From a virus (lineage: Duplodnaviria; Caudoviricetes), in the IMG/VR virus record IMGVR_UViG_2834443690_000002, positions 18,098 through 82,097 of that record: 64,000 bases of DNA, one strand, 5' to 3'. The notes below the pieces were generated by a model. That model saw nothing but the letters and a program-made list of their open reading frames with translations. It did no database searches and was not told where the DNA came from. The position numbers were made by a program, and so were the translations under genes. Below are positions 19,777 to 29,940 of this stretch, piece after piece; position 1 is the first letter of the stretch, and the number at the start of each line of letters is the position of its first letter.

Positions 19777-21744
19777 TCATACAACCTCCACTCTCAGAAC
19801 CTTATCCGGTTCACTCTTAATCAAGTTAATGACCTGACTTTGAGTATCAATGATCCTTGAAACCGACTCTCTAAAGTCAATCCAGATTGGAGCTAAGCAG
19901 CCATAGTGATCAGCCAGGACATTTATAATGTCTAAGCCAGCATTAACCTTTCCAGCATGGTTCACGTTCGGCCAGGTAACACCATCAACCATAGCCTCGC
20001 AACATTCGTTTATACCGCCGTTAATCTGAACATCAAAGAGCTTCCACTTAACGATCTTGAACCGACTGTTAATGTTCCCCTCTAAGAGATTAACCTTAGC
20101 CATAATGAACTGCTCGATAAGATTCCGTTGTTTCTCAAACTCGCTAAGTTGTTGAGCAAGTGTACGTTCCTCAGCCTTGAGTTCTTCGATCCTAGCCTTA
20201 GTTTTAATGGCAACATCCCGCGTATGAAGAAGGTTATTCAGAGTCTCAATTTGCTCAGTAACTTTAGCTTTCTGTTGAAGAAGTTCAGAAGTTGTGTCCT
20301 CGACAGGTTTATTTAGCTCCTCCATAAGAGCGTTATATTGGGATTGAAGGCGTCGATATTGTTCATCGACATTATAATTAGGCGCGGTGTGATCTTTGGC
20401 CTCAGCATTGATCTCTTTGTTGATCTCAGACAGGCGCTCATCAATTTCCGCGATCTTTAATTCATTATTGGTTAAGTCTTTCTTCATGGTCTCAATCTCT
20501 TCCGAGATGGCTGTTTGCTTGGCGCCAATCTCCTTACCCTCGGATCTGGCTTTATCCATAGTTTGAGCTTTAGCATGTTCGAAGTTATGCCGCATCTGTT
20601 CAATACGCTCTTGCTTCTGGCCTTGGGGAAGACCTTGTCCACACGTTGGGCAAACAAAAGCTTCCGGATCAGGTTCTTTGAACTGCTTCTCGTTCTCTTG
20701 AATCCAGGTTTGACGTAATTCAACGAGTTTTGCCTCGTTATTGGCAAATAAGGTTTCCTTGTCCTTGATTTTTGGCCCCGTCATTTGAGAAGCAACTTCT
20801 AGGCGATATTTTTCATTTTCAAGCTTGGCCTTTTCATCAGTCAGCTGCCTTGATCCAGCCCGAGCTTCTGCATCAAGTTCGTTCTTCCGTTTCTCAATTG
20901 CAGAACTCAGTTTAAAGGATTCTTGTTGCTTCTGGCGAAAATCGGCGGTTAATTGACTCGCATCTAACATGCTTTTCTCGATCTTCTGAAGAGTTGCTTT
21001 ATGTTCGAGCAATCCAGCTTCAACCACGGAATAATTAATTTCTTCACCAAGTACGGTCCTGGAAAGCTCGTTGATCTTGATGGGTATAGCTTTGATTTGC
21101 TCATTGAGCATTTTGATTTTCTCAGCAATAATCTTTCGTTGGTCATTGATCGATTTGCCTGAAAGGATTTCCGTTAGAGATTCCAAGCTTTTATCCGAAG
21201 CAATAACATCGGCATCAGATACATCTCCGCAAATCTCCATGAGTGTTTTACGTCGGTCCTCCCATTTGATCTGGGTACAAAAGAAAAATGGATTCGTCAG
21301 GAGCTTAAAAACTGTCTCATTAATAATCGAGTTGATAGCTGCTGCATATTCCCTGGCCTTGGCCGGGACCTCATCAATCCAATAACTTGTTTCATGGCCA
21401 TCGAATTCATCAGTTGTAGTACCACGTTTTCTGGTCCATTTTTCCTTGAGCATCTTTCGAAGAGTTTTGGGCTGCCCATTGATTAATAGATGGAGAGTAA
21501 CGTCCGTCTCAAGGAAATGAATGTCGCTTCCGTCCTTGTCTTGAGGCTTGACTGAGAAGTCTGCCCTGTTTGCGCTATCCTTACCGAACAGAACCCAAAG
21601 AAAAGCGTCTTCACCAGTTGTTTTCCCGGTACCGTTCTCGCCAAATATAAAAGCGTTTAGGCCGCCAATATCCAGGATAAAATCCTTGATCCCTTTAAAA
21701 TTCCGAATCTCCATTTTGGAGAGTAAAATTTGATTCATCTGCAA
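19777..21744 (-). CDS. SMC/SbcC-like coiled-coil ATPase
   Basis: NFKGI, GENGTGKTT Walker A, CPTCGQ zinc hook, long coiled coil. Confidence 0.88.
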   Translation of the reverse strand: MQMNQILLSKMEIRNFKGIKDFILDIGGLNAFIFGENGTGKTTGEDAFLWVLFGKDSANRADFSVKPQDKDGSDIHFLETDVTLHLLINGQPKTLRKMLKEKWTRKRGTTTDEFDGHETSYWIDEVPAKAREYAAAINSIINETVFKLLTNPFFFCTQIKWEDRRKTLMEICGDVSDADVIASDKSLESLTEILSGKSINDQRKIIAEKIKMLNEQIKAIPIKINELSRTVLGEEINYSVVEAGLLEHKATLQKIEKSMLDASQLTADFRQKQQESFKLSSAIEKRKNELDAEARAGSRQLTDEKAKLENEKYRLEVASQMTGPKIKDKETLFANNEAKLVELRQTWIQENEKQFKEPDPEAFVCPTCGQGLPQGQKQERIEQMRHNFEHAKAQTMDKARSEGKEIGAKQTAISEEIETMKKDLTNNELKIAEIDERLSEINKEINAEAKDHTAPNYNVDEQYRRLQSQYNALMEELNKPVEDTTSELLQQKAKVTEQIETLNNLLHTRDVAIKTKARIEELKAEERTLAQQLSEFEKQRNLIEQFIMAKVNLLEGNINSRFKIVKWKLFDVQINGGINECCEAMVDGVTWPNVNHAGKVNAGLDIINVLADHYGCLAPIWIDFRESVSRIIDTQSQVINLIKSEPDKVLRVEVV

Positions 21745-21756
21745 TTCTCCTTTTCA

Positions 21757-21987
21757 TCAAATTGCTGCCGGCACCGGCACATAAGACCCGCAATTTGGCC
21801 TATTCGTACAACTATCACAATTCAAGAAACACGCCTCTTCGCCGCAGATCAACATTGTCAACTCTTCGTAACTTTCTTTCCAAGACTGAGCGCAACTTAG
21901 ACATTTACATACTCTCTTGGCCTTAGACCGAGAATTTCTGATCTTCCTGTTTGGCATAACGTAATTTTTAATGGTCATGCCAAACAC
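21757..21987 (-). CDS. Cys-rich hypothetical phage protein
   Basis: ORF track; overlapping operon organisation. Confidence 0.5.
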   Translation of the reverse strand: MFGMTIKNYVMPNRKIRNSRSKAKRVCKCLSCAQSWKESYEELTMLICGEEACFLNCDSCTNRPNCGSYVPVPAAI

Positions 21988-22448
21988 CTCTCAACATGAT
22001 AAATACAAATTCGCTTAGCCGCAGATCCCCTGCATTCGTTATGGCAGTGATAAACTGTAGAGGGTAATTCGAGATGACAATCTCCAAGGAATTTGCATTT
22101 AAAGCAAAGACAATTTTTGCAATCCGGTCCAAGTTCAATTAAGGGAAAGTTCATTAATGGTTCTATTTTTGAGGTATCCATGTTACAATCAGGGTGAATA
22201 TTTTTTGTTTGAGCTTCCGTTGGCGCGGGAGCTATTTTTATTTCCCGGGGTAATGGGTTATCCATTCCGGCTTCATCATATGCTTTGAGCATCTCCACGA
22301 TCTCGGCAAACTTTTCCTCTAAATCAATATGACCAAGGCCAGCAATTCCTTCGATAACGCCAATAGTATAGTCTGCTAAAAATTCCTTGCCATTTTTCTC
22401 AACATAGCTGACTAACATCGATTTGTAATCCATAGTTATTGCCCCCAA
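21975..22448 (-). CDS. Hypothetical phage protein, Cys-rich C-terminus
   Basis: ORF track; operon context. Confidence 0.55.
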   Translation of the reverse strand: MGAITMDYKSMLVSYVEKNGKEFLADYTIGVIEGIAGLGHIDLEEKFAEIVEMLKAYDEAGMDNPLPREIKIAPAPTEAQTKNIHPDCNMDTSKIEPLMNFPLIELGPDCKNCLCFKCKFLGDCHLELPSTVYHCHNECRGSAAKRICIYHVERCLA

Positions 22449-22666
22449 TTCGTTGAATCGATATAGACTGGATTTACATACTTTTGTCCTATCTTCCGGT
22501 CATCTACATAATCCACGACGACTTCATCATCGGTTACAGTAACGAGCGTTTTGTGGTCCCTCACTGTTAGGCCGCTACGCATGAGTTGGGCCCAATGCTT
22601 GCGATAGCGATAATCGGCGATATAATCTTTCACTAACTTAATTAACTTTGTAATCTTTTTAATCAT
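22436..22666 (-). CDS. Hypothetical phage protein
   Basis: AAGGAGG RBS; 4-bp overlap with the upstream gene. Confidence 0.55.
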   Translation of the reverse strand: MIKKITKLIKLVKDYIADYRYRKHWAQLMRSGLTVRDHKTLVTVTDDEVVVDYVDDRKIGQKYVNPVYIDSTNWGQ

Positions 22667-22929
22667 CGTCTCCCTCCTTTTCCCTTTCTTTTGTTTCGCC
22701 TGGACATATAGCGTTCATAACGGCTTGACTTGGTTTTGATTGTTTCCGTGGTAATAATGGGTCCTTGTGTATACCAATAACCTTCTGGGCCTAGAACCCA
22801 AAGAGCACCACATAAGCATTTAGTCTTGACTTCTGCCTCTGGGAATTCCATGGGTAAACCGCAGTAACATGTTTGGGATGCTTGCTTGAGTACCATGGGG
22901 CTTACCTCCTTAAGCAATGACTCCGACAA
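22663..22929 (-). CDS. Hypothetical zinc-binding phage protein
   Basis: CYCG...CLCG. Confidence 0.55.
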   Translation of the reverse strand: MSESLLKEVSPMVLKQASQTCYCGLPMEFPEAEVKTKCLCGALWVLGPEGYWYTQGPIITTETIKTKSSRYERYMSRRNKRKGKGGRR

Positions 22930-23093
22930 TCAAGAGAATGCGCTGAGCTTTTAAATAGCGCTTGAAGTCCGATATGCTACCACGAAAGCTGTCAATGCCG
23001 AGCTTGTCCAATGTGATCACCTCCCCTCAATACCAACGTTTTCACAAGCAAGCCTCGCTCCTCCTCAATATAGAACTCATCCAAAAATAAGAC

Positions 23094-23297
23094 TCAAACT
23101 ATTTTGAAATTCTCTACCTCTTGTTGCGTCATCCATGCATCAAGACCTGCTTGCCGGAAAAGATATCTTCCTCCACATCGAATTGGAGTTATTTTTTTAC
23201 GCTTAACCATTTCTAGTAATAACCAGTACGAAATCCCAAGGTATTCTGCTGCCTCTTTTGAGCTAAGTGTTGCTCTTTGAATCATGCCATTCCCCAC
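23094..23297 (-). CDS. Excisionase-like HTH protein
   Basis: LSSKEAAEYLGIS...IRCGGRYLF...LDAWM. Confidence 0.8.
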   Translation of the reverse strand: MGNGMIQRATLSSKEAAEYLGISYWLLLEMVKRKKITPIRCGGRYLFRQAGLDAWMTQQEVENFKIV

Positions 23298-23319
23298 CTT
23301 TTTGTTAACGCGCCCGCCT

Positions 23320-23529
23320 TTATCTACTTAAAGTAGATCCGGGGCTAAAAAAAATTTCATCCACAGGCAAATTAACTATTTTACAGAACTCTTTTGCTTT
23401 TCCAACAGGCATCTCGTCAGCATTATGCTCCCATTTCATATATGTTTGCCGGTGTACTCCGAGTAATTCGGCTACTTTCTTCTGCGAAAGCTCCTTTCTC
23501 AGTCTTGCTTGTTTTGCTGATATTGCCAT
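23320..23529 (-). CDS. Cro-like XRE HTH regulator
   Basis: ARLRKELSQKKVAELLGVHRQTYMKWE; divergent from the repressor. Confidence 0.88.
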   Translation of the reverse strand: MAISAKQARLRKELSQKKVAELLGVHRQTYMKWEHNADEMPVGKAKEFCKIVNLPVDEIFFSPGSTLSR

Positions 23530-23666
23530 GTTTTTCTCCCCTCTTTTCTTATAGCTTGAGTTAATAGTAGTCTACTAAAAGTAGATTGTCAACAACAAAA
23601 ACTATATTTTTTCTATCTTTTGGTTGATATTTTTCAACATATCAATTATAATCTACTTAAAATAGA
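23322..23666. promoter_or_regulatory. Immunity region with three 15-bp palindromic operators
   Basis: TCTACTWAAARTAGA at 23323-23337, 23571-23585 and 23652-23666. Confidence 0.75.
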
Positions 23667-23690
23667 CAGGGAAATAATGGAGGTAAAACC

Positions 23691-24014
23691 GTGGGAATTA
23701 GTGAAAATATTAAGGCCCTACGCGAAAAATATGGACTTACACAACAGGATCTAGCTGAGATAGCTGGTGTATCAAATAAGGCGGTATCAGCTTGGGAAAC
23801 AGGTCAGAAAGAGCCCCGCATGGGAGCAATTGAAAAAATAGCTAATCACTTCAAGATTAGAAAGAGTAACTTAATTGAAGAAGATGGATTAGCAGAATCC
23901 GAAACAGATCTGCCAAAGACGATCGCAGCGCATTTTGAGGGGGATGATTATACACAAGAAGAACTACAGGAAATTTTAGAATATGCAAAATACATCAAGT
24001 CAAAGCGGAAATGA
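23691..24014 (+). CDS. ImmR/CI-like repressor
   Basis: XRE HTH plus C-terminal TIAAHF...EILEYAKYIK. Confidence 0.9.
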   Translation: MGISENIKALREKYGLTQQDLAEIAGVSNKAVSAWETGQKEPRMGAIEKIANHFKIRKSNLIEEDGLAESETDLPKTIAAHFEGDDYTQEELQEILEYAKYIKSKRK

Positions 24015-24498
24015 GAGTGATGTCGGTTTGGTTTTGTCTAATTCATTATTGATAGAAGTAGAAAAACGAGGAATAAGTATTGAGGAACATTGTTTTAAAA
24101 CAAAAAAGCTTAAGGGGCTCTATGTAGATAATGTAATCATTCTTAATCCGGCAAATATCAAGAATAGCGCAGAAAGACGTTGCGTTTTATGCGAAGAACT
24201 TGGACATTATGAAACAACTGATGGCAACATCCTAGACTTATCAGATATTCGAAATCGAAAACAGGAAAAACGTGCACGAAATTGGGCATACGAAAAACTA
24301 ATACCTCTCCAGAGCATTGTGGAAGCTTCCAAAGAGGGAGTTTGCAACAGATATGAACTCGCAGAATTTTTAGATGTTACAGAGGACTTCCTGGACGAGG
24401 CAATAAAGCATTACAGAGAGAAATATGGACTTTATTCGGAATGGGAAAGCTTCATAATATATTTTGATCCGTTAGGGGTACTTGAGACTTACAACTAG
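23983..24498 (+). CDS. ImmA/IrrE-family metallopeptidase (anti-repressor)
   Basis: LCEELGHY...NRKQEKRARNWA...LAEFLDVTE; true start is probably about 20 codons downstream. Confidence 0.88.
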   Translation: MQNTSSQSGNESDVGLVLSNSLLIEVEKRGISIEEHCFKTKKLKGLYVDNVIILNPANIKNSAERRCVLCEELGHYETTDGNILDLSDIRNRKQEKRARNWAYEKLIPLQSIVEASKEGVCNRYELAEFLDVTEDFLDEAIKHYREKYGLYSEWESFIIYFDPLGVLETYN

Positions 24499-24547
24499 TA
24501 TTACTTTAAGATAATGTCCCCTTATATATATTTTTTTACCATTTTGG

Positions 24548-24581
24548 GAACGTATGTTTCTAATAATGGGAACCTACATTC
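24548..24581 (+). promoter_or_regulatory. Two LexA/DinR SOS-box-like sites upstream of the integrase
   Basis: GAACGTATGTTT and GAACCTACATTC versus the Gram-positive consensus GAAC-N4-GTTC. Confidence 0.55.
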
Positions 24582-24598
24582 GAAAGGAGATAACTCAG

Positions 24599-25948
24599 AT
24601 GGCCCATGCAGAATTCAAGGGGATAGGAACCAAAGGGCAGGCTAAATTTCGCCTCTATTTCGACGGCCCCAAAAAAGCCGATGGCAGACGAAACCAGAAG
24701 AAGGAATCCTATTCCATCGACCCCCTACCCGAGAAAGCCGGCGCTATTGCTAATGCTGCAAAGAATAGGCAAAAAGGCATTGCAACTAAAACTGAAAACC
24801 TCCTATTAGAGCGATTCGAGAAAAAAGCTACTGAATCAGCTGAGACTGAAGCAAAGAAAAGAGAAGATGAAATTAATAAACCGAACTATGTTGAACCGGT
24901 TGTAAACAAAGAACACTTTGTGAATCATTCTGCTCGTTGGCTGAAATATAAAGCTGGCACTGCACGCAAGGGAAAGCGTCAGCCTAAGACCGTCTGGAGA
25001 TATGAGCAACTACTTCAGCGTATCGATGATTTTTTTCAGAGCGATTTTGTTGAAGACATAAACATTGATAGGGTTGAGGAGTTCTATGCTTGGTTAGCAA
25101 GGCAACCCAAAAAAAGGGGGAAAAATCAAAAGAAAGATCCCGAAGGTTTTCTCTCGGAACGGACGCAGTGGCATTATCACCGCTGTCTCTATTACATCTT
25201 AGAGTATGCTGTCGCTCGTGAAAAGTTAGCCTCTAACCCTTGTCGCCATGTCAGACCACAAGAAATACCTGATGATCTAGACGAAAAAAGGCCAGACTCT
25301 TACACGGCTGACGAGGCAGCCAAAATACGCGAATTAATGGAGAAGGAACCTCTAAAGAATAGAGTTTTTGTACAGATCGCCCTAGAGATTGGACCACGCC
25401 CAGAAGAAATACATGCCCTCAAGTGGGTAGATATTGATTTCAAAAACCGGCTTATAGACTTTAATAAAACGTGGCAATATATCCCCAAAAAAGGATCTTT
25501 TGAAAAGCCGCATTTAAAAAACAAATCTAGTCGCCGTAAAATTAAGGTATCGGCGAGCACCACATTTCTTCTGAAGCAACTAAAAAATGAGCAGGAAGTC
25601 GAAGCAAAGAAAGCAGGTAGCAAATGGGTCAATAGCGGTGCTTTATTTGTAAATTGGCAAGGGAAACAACTATCTGCCACTTGGGCCGGTGACTGGTGGA
25701 GGAAGTGGATACTTACAACAGATCTGCCAGTTAAAACTTTATATTGCCTGCGCCATACGTGTCTTAGTCTTCTTCTTGATGCTGGAGCAAACCCACTCGA
25801 GGTAGCCCGTATGGCAGGACACTCTAACGCAGAAATGCTCTGGAGGGTTTACGGGCACGCCGTAGAAAAAGAACATTTTGCCGGTGCAGATATCATGGAG
25901 TCAATCATGAAGAAGAAACAAAAAGAACCTTCTCCGCAACTAAGTTAA
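24599..25948 (+). CDS. Tyrosine integrase of prophage 1
   Basis: GPRPEE, LKNKSSRR, YCLRHT, AGHS, Y; AAAGGAG RBS before the ATG at 24599; adjacent to att. Confidence 0.93.
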   Translation: MAHAEFKGIGTKGQAKFRLYFDGPKKADGRRNQKKESYSIDPLPEKAGAIANAAKNRQKGIATKTENLLLERFEKKATESAETEAKKREDEINKPNYVEPVVNKEHFVNHSARWLKYKAGTARKGKRQPKTVWRYEQLLQRIDDFFQSDFVEDINIDRVEEFYAWLARQPKKRGKNQKKDPEGFLSERTQWHYHRCLYYILEYAVAREKLASNPCRHVRPQEIPDDLDEKRPDSYTADEAAKIRELMEKEPLKNRVFVQIALEIGPRPEEIHALKWVDIDFKNRLIDFNKTWQYIPKKGSFEKPHLKNKSSRRKIKVSASTTFLLKQLKNEQEVEAKKAGSKWVNSGALFVNWQGKQLSATWAGDWWRKWILTTDLPVKTLYCLRHTCLSLLLDAGANPLEVARMAGHSNAEMLWRVYGHAVEKEHFAGADIMESIMKKKQKEPSPQLS

Positions 25949-26084
25949 AAGGTGGAACAAAAGTGGAACTTTCGATTCAAAAACAAGCCCAAATCAACAT
26001 TACGATACCTGAAACTAAAATTTCAAAACATGGATATACCAATGGTTTCAGCACTTAACCTAAACATACAAAACGAAAAGGAAT

Positions 26085-26132
26085 GGTCTCCAAAACCGTC
26101 AGTGAGGGTTCGACTCCTTCATCCCCTGCCAA
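26085..26132 (+). repeat. att core copy 1: 3' half of tRNA-Trp(CCA)
   Basis: GGTCTCCAAAACCGTCAGTGAGGGTTCGACTCCTTCATCCCCTGCCAA contains anticodon loop CTCCAAA, T-loop TTCGA and a CCA end; the 5' half is absent. Confidence 0.93.
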
Positions 26133-26271
26133 TGACGTTTAAAACGTAGAGTACATAAGGGTTTCGTACATTTTTCGTGAATGTTACGAGACTCTTTTTG
26201 ATTTGTCTGATTATTCGAGACCGTTGGTGTGGTTTGCTCCTCATCTAAATATTAGAAAGTGAGGAATACCA

Positions 26272-27264
26272 ATGGTTAGACAACGATTAACGGTCAAGGA
26301 CAACAACGGTTTTAAACCGTCTGTTATTCGTGACCGACGTGAGCAGACCGTCCTATCAACACAAGATTTCCTAGAATTACACGGCAAGTTCATCCAGCAC
26401 AAAGCCTTAGAAGGTCTGGCTCCACGGACTCTAAAGGACCATCTTACCCATATGGGGTACTTCAAAAAATTTCTCTTTGAAGACCAACGGTTTAGTCTAG
26501 ACCGTTATATTGACGTGGACGTGTTTCGAGGGTATTTAAGCCATATGATTTCCGATAAGAGTCTAAAACCATGCACAATTAACATTAGATTACGGACCCT
26601 AAAATGTTTTTTGAAATGGTTGTTCGATGAAGATTATATCGATTTTAACTACTCCCTAAAATTAAAACTAGTTAAAACCCCCGAAGACACTATTAAGCCT
26701 CTTTCCGATTCGGACACCCGTAAAATGTTAAAAGCCCCAGACAGAAGTACGTATTCAGGCTTGAGAGACTTTTGCCTAATGGTTCTAATGTTAGACTGTG
26801 GAATCAGAATCGGTGAGGCCGTAAAATTAACGGTCAACGATGTTGATACAAGGCTTGGTTTAATTAATGTACGTCCTGAAAATGCCAAAACACGAGTTTA
26901 TCGGCAATTGCCCATAAGCCAAAAGACTTGTAAACTCTTGATCGAGTTAATCAAGATTGCCCAAGATAATGACTCAGAGTACGTTTTTCAATCCACTTTT
27001 GGTGGGATGGTGAGCAAGGATAACATTATTGCTTATTTTGAAAAGTATGGCAAGAAAGCCGGGGTCAAGGTTCGGTGTACCCCTCACATTTTTAGACATA
27101 CTTTTGCAACAAACTTCGTCAGGTCAGGTGGGGATATCTTTACACTACAAAAAATACTAGGACACTCCACCCTTGTAATGTGCCGTAAATATATTCAACT
27201 AGATAACTCAGACTTAGTTCGGAAACATCACCAAGCTAATCCATTAGATAAATATATTCAATAA
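26272..27264 (+). CDS. Tyrosine integrase (XerD-like) of element 2
   Basis: GIRIGE, AKTR, HIFRHTFA, LGHS, Y catalytic set intact. Confidence 0.93.
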   Translation: MVRQRLTVKDNNGFKPSVIRDRREQTVLSTQDFLELHGKFIQHKALEGLAPRTLKDHLTHMGYFKKFLFEDQRFSLDRYIDVDVFRGYLSHMISDKSLKPCTINIRLRTLKCFLKWLFDEDYIDFNYSLKLKLVKTPEDTIKPLSDSDTRKMLKAPDRSTYSGLRDFCLMVLMLDCGIRIGEAVKLTVNDVDTRLGLINVRPENAKTRVYRQLPISQKTCKLLIELIKIAQDNDSEYVFQSTFGGMVSKDNIIAYFEKYGKKAGVKVRCTPHIFRHTFATNFVRSGGDIFTLQKILGHSTLVMCRKYIQLDNSDLVRKHHQANPLDKYIQ

Positions 27265-27639
27265 TGAGCTATAAGAAGTGAGACACTCACCTTACTTTTG
27301 TCGAATTAAACTGTGTAATCGTTACGGAAATAAACCCCACCGACCCTACCCAACCAAAACAACATCCAAGAGGTAGAGGTAAAACCAACCAAGATCCTCC
27401 AATCTACCTACGTAAGGTGTCATATTCAAGTGGTGGCTAATTCCAGACATTAATTAACTCGTCTACACCATACAGTTACTTTACTTTAGGAAATCAAGAA
27501 AGCAGTCGATAACTGGGTACAATCTTCCCATGTCGGCTGCTCTAATGATCTCGGTTTAAAATTAAAACTGAACAGTATTAATTAACAATTTGTCCCCCTT
27601 TTAGCTAAGATTTTTATGACATTGGCAATTTGAGTAAAT

Positions 27640-29571
27640 TTACTCCAATAGTTTATTAACGTCTTTAAAAAATTTTTCAAATCGTTCTAATGTAATTTCT
27701 AGATCCGGCCATTCAATTTCCGGGTGTTCCACTAGGTAAACAGATGGTTGAAAATGATCAAACTCTGGAACTTCTGGGGGCAACGTCCCAAAGTATTCTT
27801 CCACCTTCTTAACAATCCTCATCGACTTGCATTCACTTTTTGCTGCATTAAATTCACACCCGCCTTCCAATTTATAACAATGGTTGATAAGGCTACTATA
27901 AAAATTTATACCTATTAAATCCTCTACGTCAGCCTCTGATTGTCCTGCATACATTTCGGCAGAAAAGACATGTCCCTGCCTTAATAATTCTGACTCTCTT
28001 AAACTCCTAATCTTCTTTTTATCCCCTTCTGCATAATCAGTTAGAACTGCTACATGTAATTTATTCCCACCAAAAAGAGCCACGAAACTAGAAATTTTAT
28101 CCACACCACCAGCTGGAGCAACTGTCCACCTAGGGTCAAGTCCTTCTCTATTTCTTTTCTTCAATTGAGTAGTAAACCATCTTATGTAAAGGAGGTCTGA
28201 AGGTCCCTCAACTAATAATGTATTTTTTCCAACAAATAATGTTTGGGTTATATCATAACCTAAGGCAGCCTGTAATGGGAATATAGTATCAGAATCGGTT
28301 GCAAGTACATGATCCCCAACTTTAGTTCCAAGAACTTCCCCCTCAATCGAAGAAAGATCCTCGACTGTTCTAACACTTAGTATGTTTTCTGCATCTATCA
28401 TAAATGGAGAATGAGTTGTATAAATAACCTGATACTTTGGTAGGAGCTTTTCCTTAATAAATCGAAGTAAATCACTCTGTGCTTTGGCATGTAAATTTAG
28501 ACCAGGTTCATCTAATAGCAATAAAAGGTTATCTCCGTAAACATTTTGAATGTGTGAAAACCATGCCAAAAATGAAAAGAACCAAATGAATCCTGAACTT
28601 CGTTCATCGAAATTGACAGATACTTCATGACGTTTATTGTAAATACGAGTCCTTAAAATATTACCTGTATTAAATGGTGGTGGATCATTTGGTCTTCCAA
28701 CATCGAATCTAATTTGAACAGACAGATCCTTGTTTTGACTCCAATACTCGAAGATTTGTTTAGATATACGATTTGAAGTAGACTCAAGCTTTGCAATCAA
28801 TCGTTCAGCTTTAGTTGCTGAAGAAAATGTTTCTGGTGTAACCCCTGCAAGATATAAGAGAGCAACAAAGGTCTTTTCTTGGGTGTTCAATTGGTTTTGA
28901 CTACGTTTCTGAATAAATTGTTCATATTGGACTTGTCCAGGAAGAGTTTGATATTGGGAAAAATATAGAATTTTAGGAATGTACTCTATAAGTAACTTAT
29001 TTGCAACTTCACTAACGGACCGATCAGGAAATATCTTAATCAGCATTTGGAATAACTTGTCCTGTTCGTCGTTTCTTCCTTGTATCTGTTCCAAATGGTT
29101 AATTAAGGCTTTTACATCTTCAAAATTGCCATCAACAGGCATCTCTTCAATGCCACATTGTTCTAAATAGTAGTTTATTACAGACTGCTGATTTATTTCT
29201 ATCTTAAGGATATATTCATTGTCATAACCTTTTAATATTACTATTGTAGGGCTCAACAGTGAACCTCTACCCAATACCTGTTCGATTTGTTCAACCTCTT
29301 TGTCCGTCAATTCCCATTGTGTATTAAGCACGTTTGAACGATCTACAAGTAATCCTTCTTCAAACTCCGACAGGAACCTTCTCGGATACTCTTCAATATC
29401 AAATTTGTCCTGACTTAAATCTACAGGATTTAGTTTATACAAGGCTTCTAATAGACTACTTTTTCCAGATTCGTTCTTCCCCACAAGACAAGTGACGGGT
29501 TCAATTGTAAATTCTCCAGAATCCTCAATGCACTTGTAGTTTTCAATACGTAATGTTTTAAGAATCACCAA
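27640..29571 (-). CDS. ABC/AAA ATPase-TOPRIM nuclease (OLD-like)
   Basis: GKNESGKS, SSGF, LLLDEPGLNLH, TTHSPF, then LLVEGPSD (TOPRIM). Confidence 0.85.
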   Translation of the reverse strand: MVILKTLRIENYKCIEDSGEFTIEPVTCLVGKNESGKSSLLEALYKLNPVDLSQDKFDIEEYPRRFLSEFEEGLLVDRSNVLNTQWELTDKEVEQIEQVLGRGSLLSPTIVILKGYDNEYILKIEINQQSVINYYLEQCGIEEMPVDGNFEDVKALINHLEQIQGRNDEQDKLFQMLIKIFPDRSVSEVANKLLIEYIPKILYFSQYQTLPGQVQYEQFIQKRSQNQLNTQEKTFVALLYLAGVTPETFSSATKAERLIAKLESTSNRISKQIFEYWSQNKDLSVQIRFDVGRPNDPPPFNTGNILRTRIYNKRHEVSVNFDERSSGFIWFFSFLAWFSHIQNVYGDNLLLLLDEPGLNLHAKAQSDLLRFIKEKLLPKYQVIYTTHSPFMIDAENILSVRTVEDLSSIEGEVLGTKVGDHVLATDSDTIFPLQAALGYDITQTLFVGKNTLLVEGPSDLLYIRWFTTQLKKRNREGLDPRWTVAPAGGVDKISSFVALFGGNKLHVAVLTDYAEGDKKKIRSLRESELLRQGHVFSAEMYAGQSEADVEDLIGINFYSSLINHCYKLEGGCEFNAAKSECKSMRIVKKVEEYFGTLPPEVPEFDHFQPSVYLVEHPEIEWPDLEITLERFEKFFKDVNKLLE

Positions 29572-29605
29572 AATCCCCCCTTAATCCGGTCAATATAATG
29601 GCATA

Positions 29606-29632
29606 ATTCTCTATTTTACATTAAATACCTCT
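29606..29632 (-). promoter_or_regulatory. SigH-like promoter of the OLD-like gene
   Basis: AGAGGTATT-N13-AGAAT. Confidence 0.45.
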
Positions 29633-29739
29633 ATAAATTTTTAAATATATTCGTAGTAATTGATTTAAACGATGAAATTCACTTGACGTAATGTAAGAGA
29701 TGTTTTATGAATGCAAAATTCTCGTAAGAACGGGTAAGG

Positions 29740-29910
29740 ATTAACAATATCGTACCGTAAGGTGTACCTTTTGATACGGAAATCAATCTTTCAAGAATCT
29801 AGTCATATCAGCATTTCGGAAACGTCAATTACGTAGCAAAAGGTTCTAAAGTAAATTATGGTACGTATCATTATCTTTATTGACCTTTTGATACATCAAT
29901 GATACTATTG
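29740..29910. other. Putative res site
   Basis: ACCTTTTGATAC at 29766 and 29883 plus related CGTA/TACG half sites directly upstream of the resolvase. Confidence 0.5.
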
Positions 29911-29940
29911 GATCAGATAAGTGTATTGGAGGTCTTGACA

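Larger units (their letters stand above)
1..26132. mobile_element. Temperate prophage (contractile tail, lambda-like head); left part lies outside the window; ends at the tRNA-Trp-derived att copy
   Basis: Contiguous tail, head, packaging, replication, lysogeny and integrase modules ending at a 48-bp tRNA 3' repeat. Confidence 0.95.

Noticed and set aside
26085-26132. Functional tRNA-Trp genes at the three repeats
   Set aside because: Only the anticodon-to-CCA half is present; the upstream sequences differ and cannot form the acceptor or D arms
25952-26149. ORFs spanning att sites (25952-26149 and 61324-61512)
   Set aside because: They translate tRNA-derived and arm-repeat sequence and are spurious
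27640-29571. Gabija or retron system
   Set aside because: No adjacent UvrD-like GajB and no reverse transcriptase in the window
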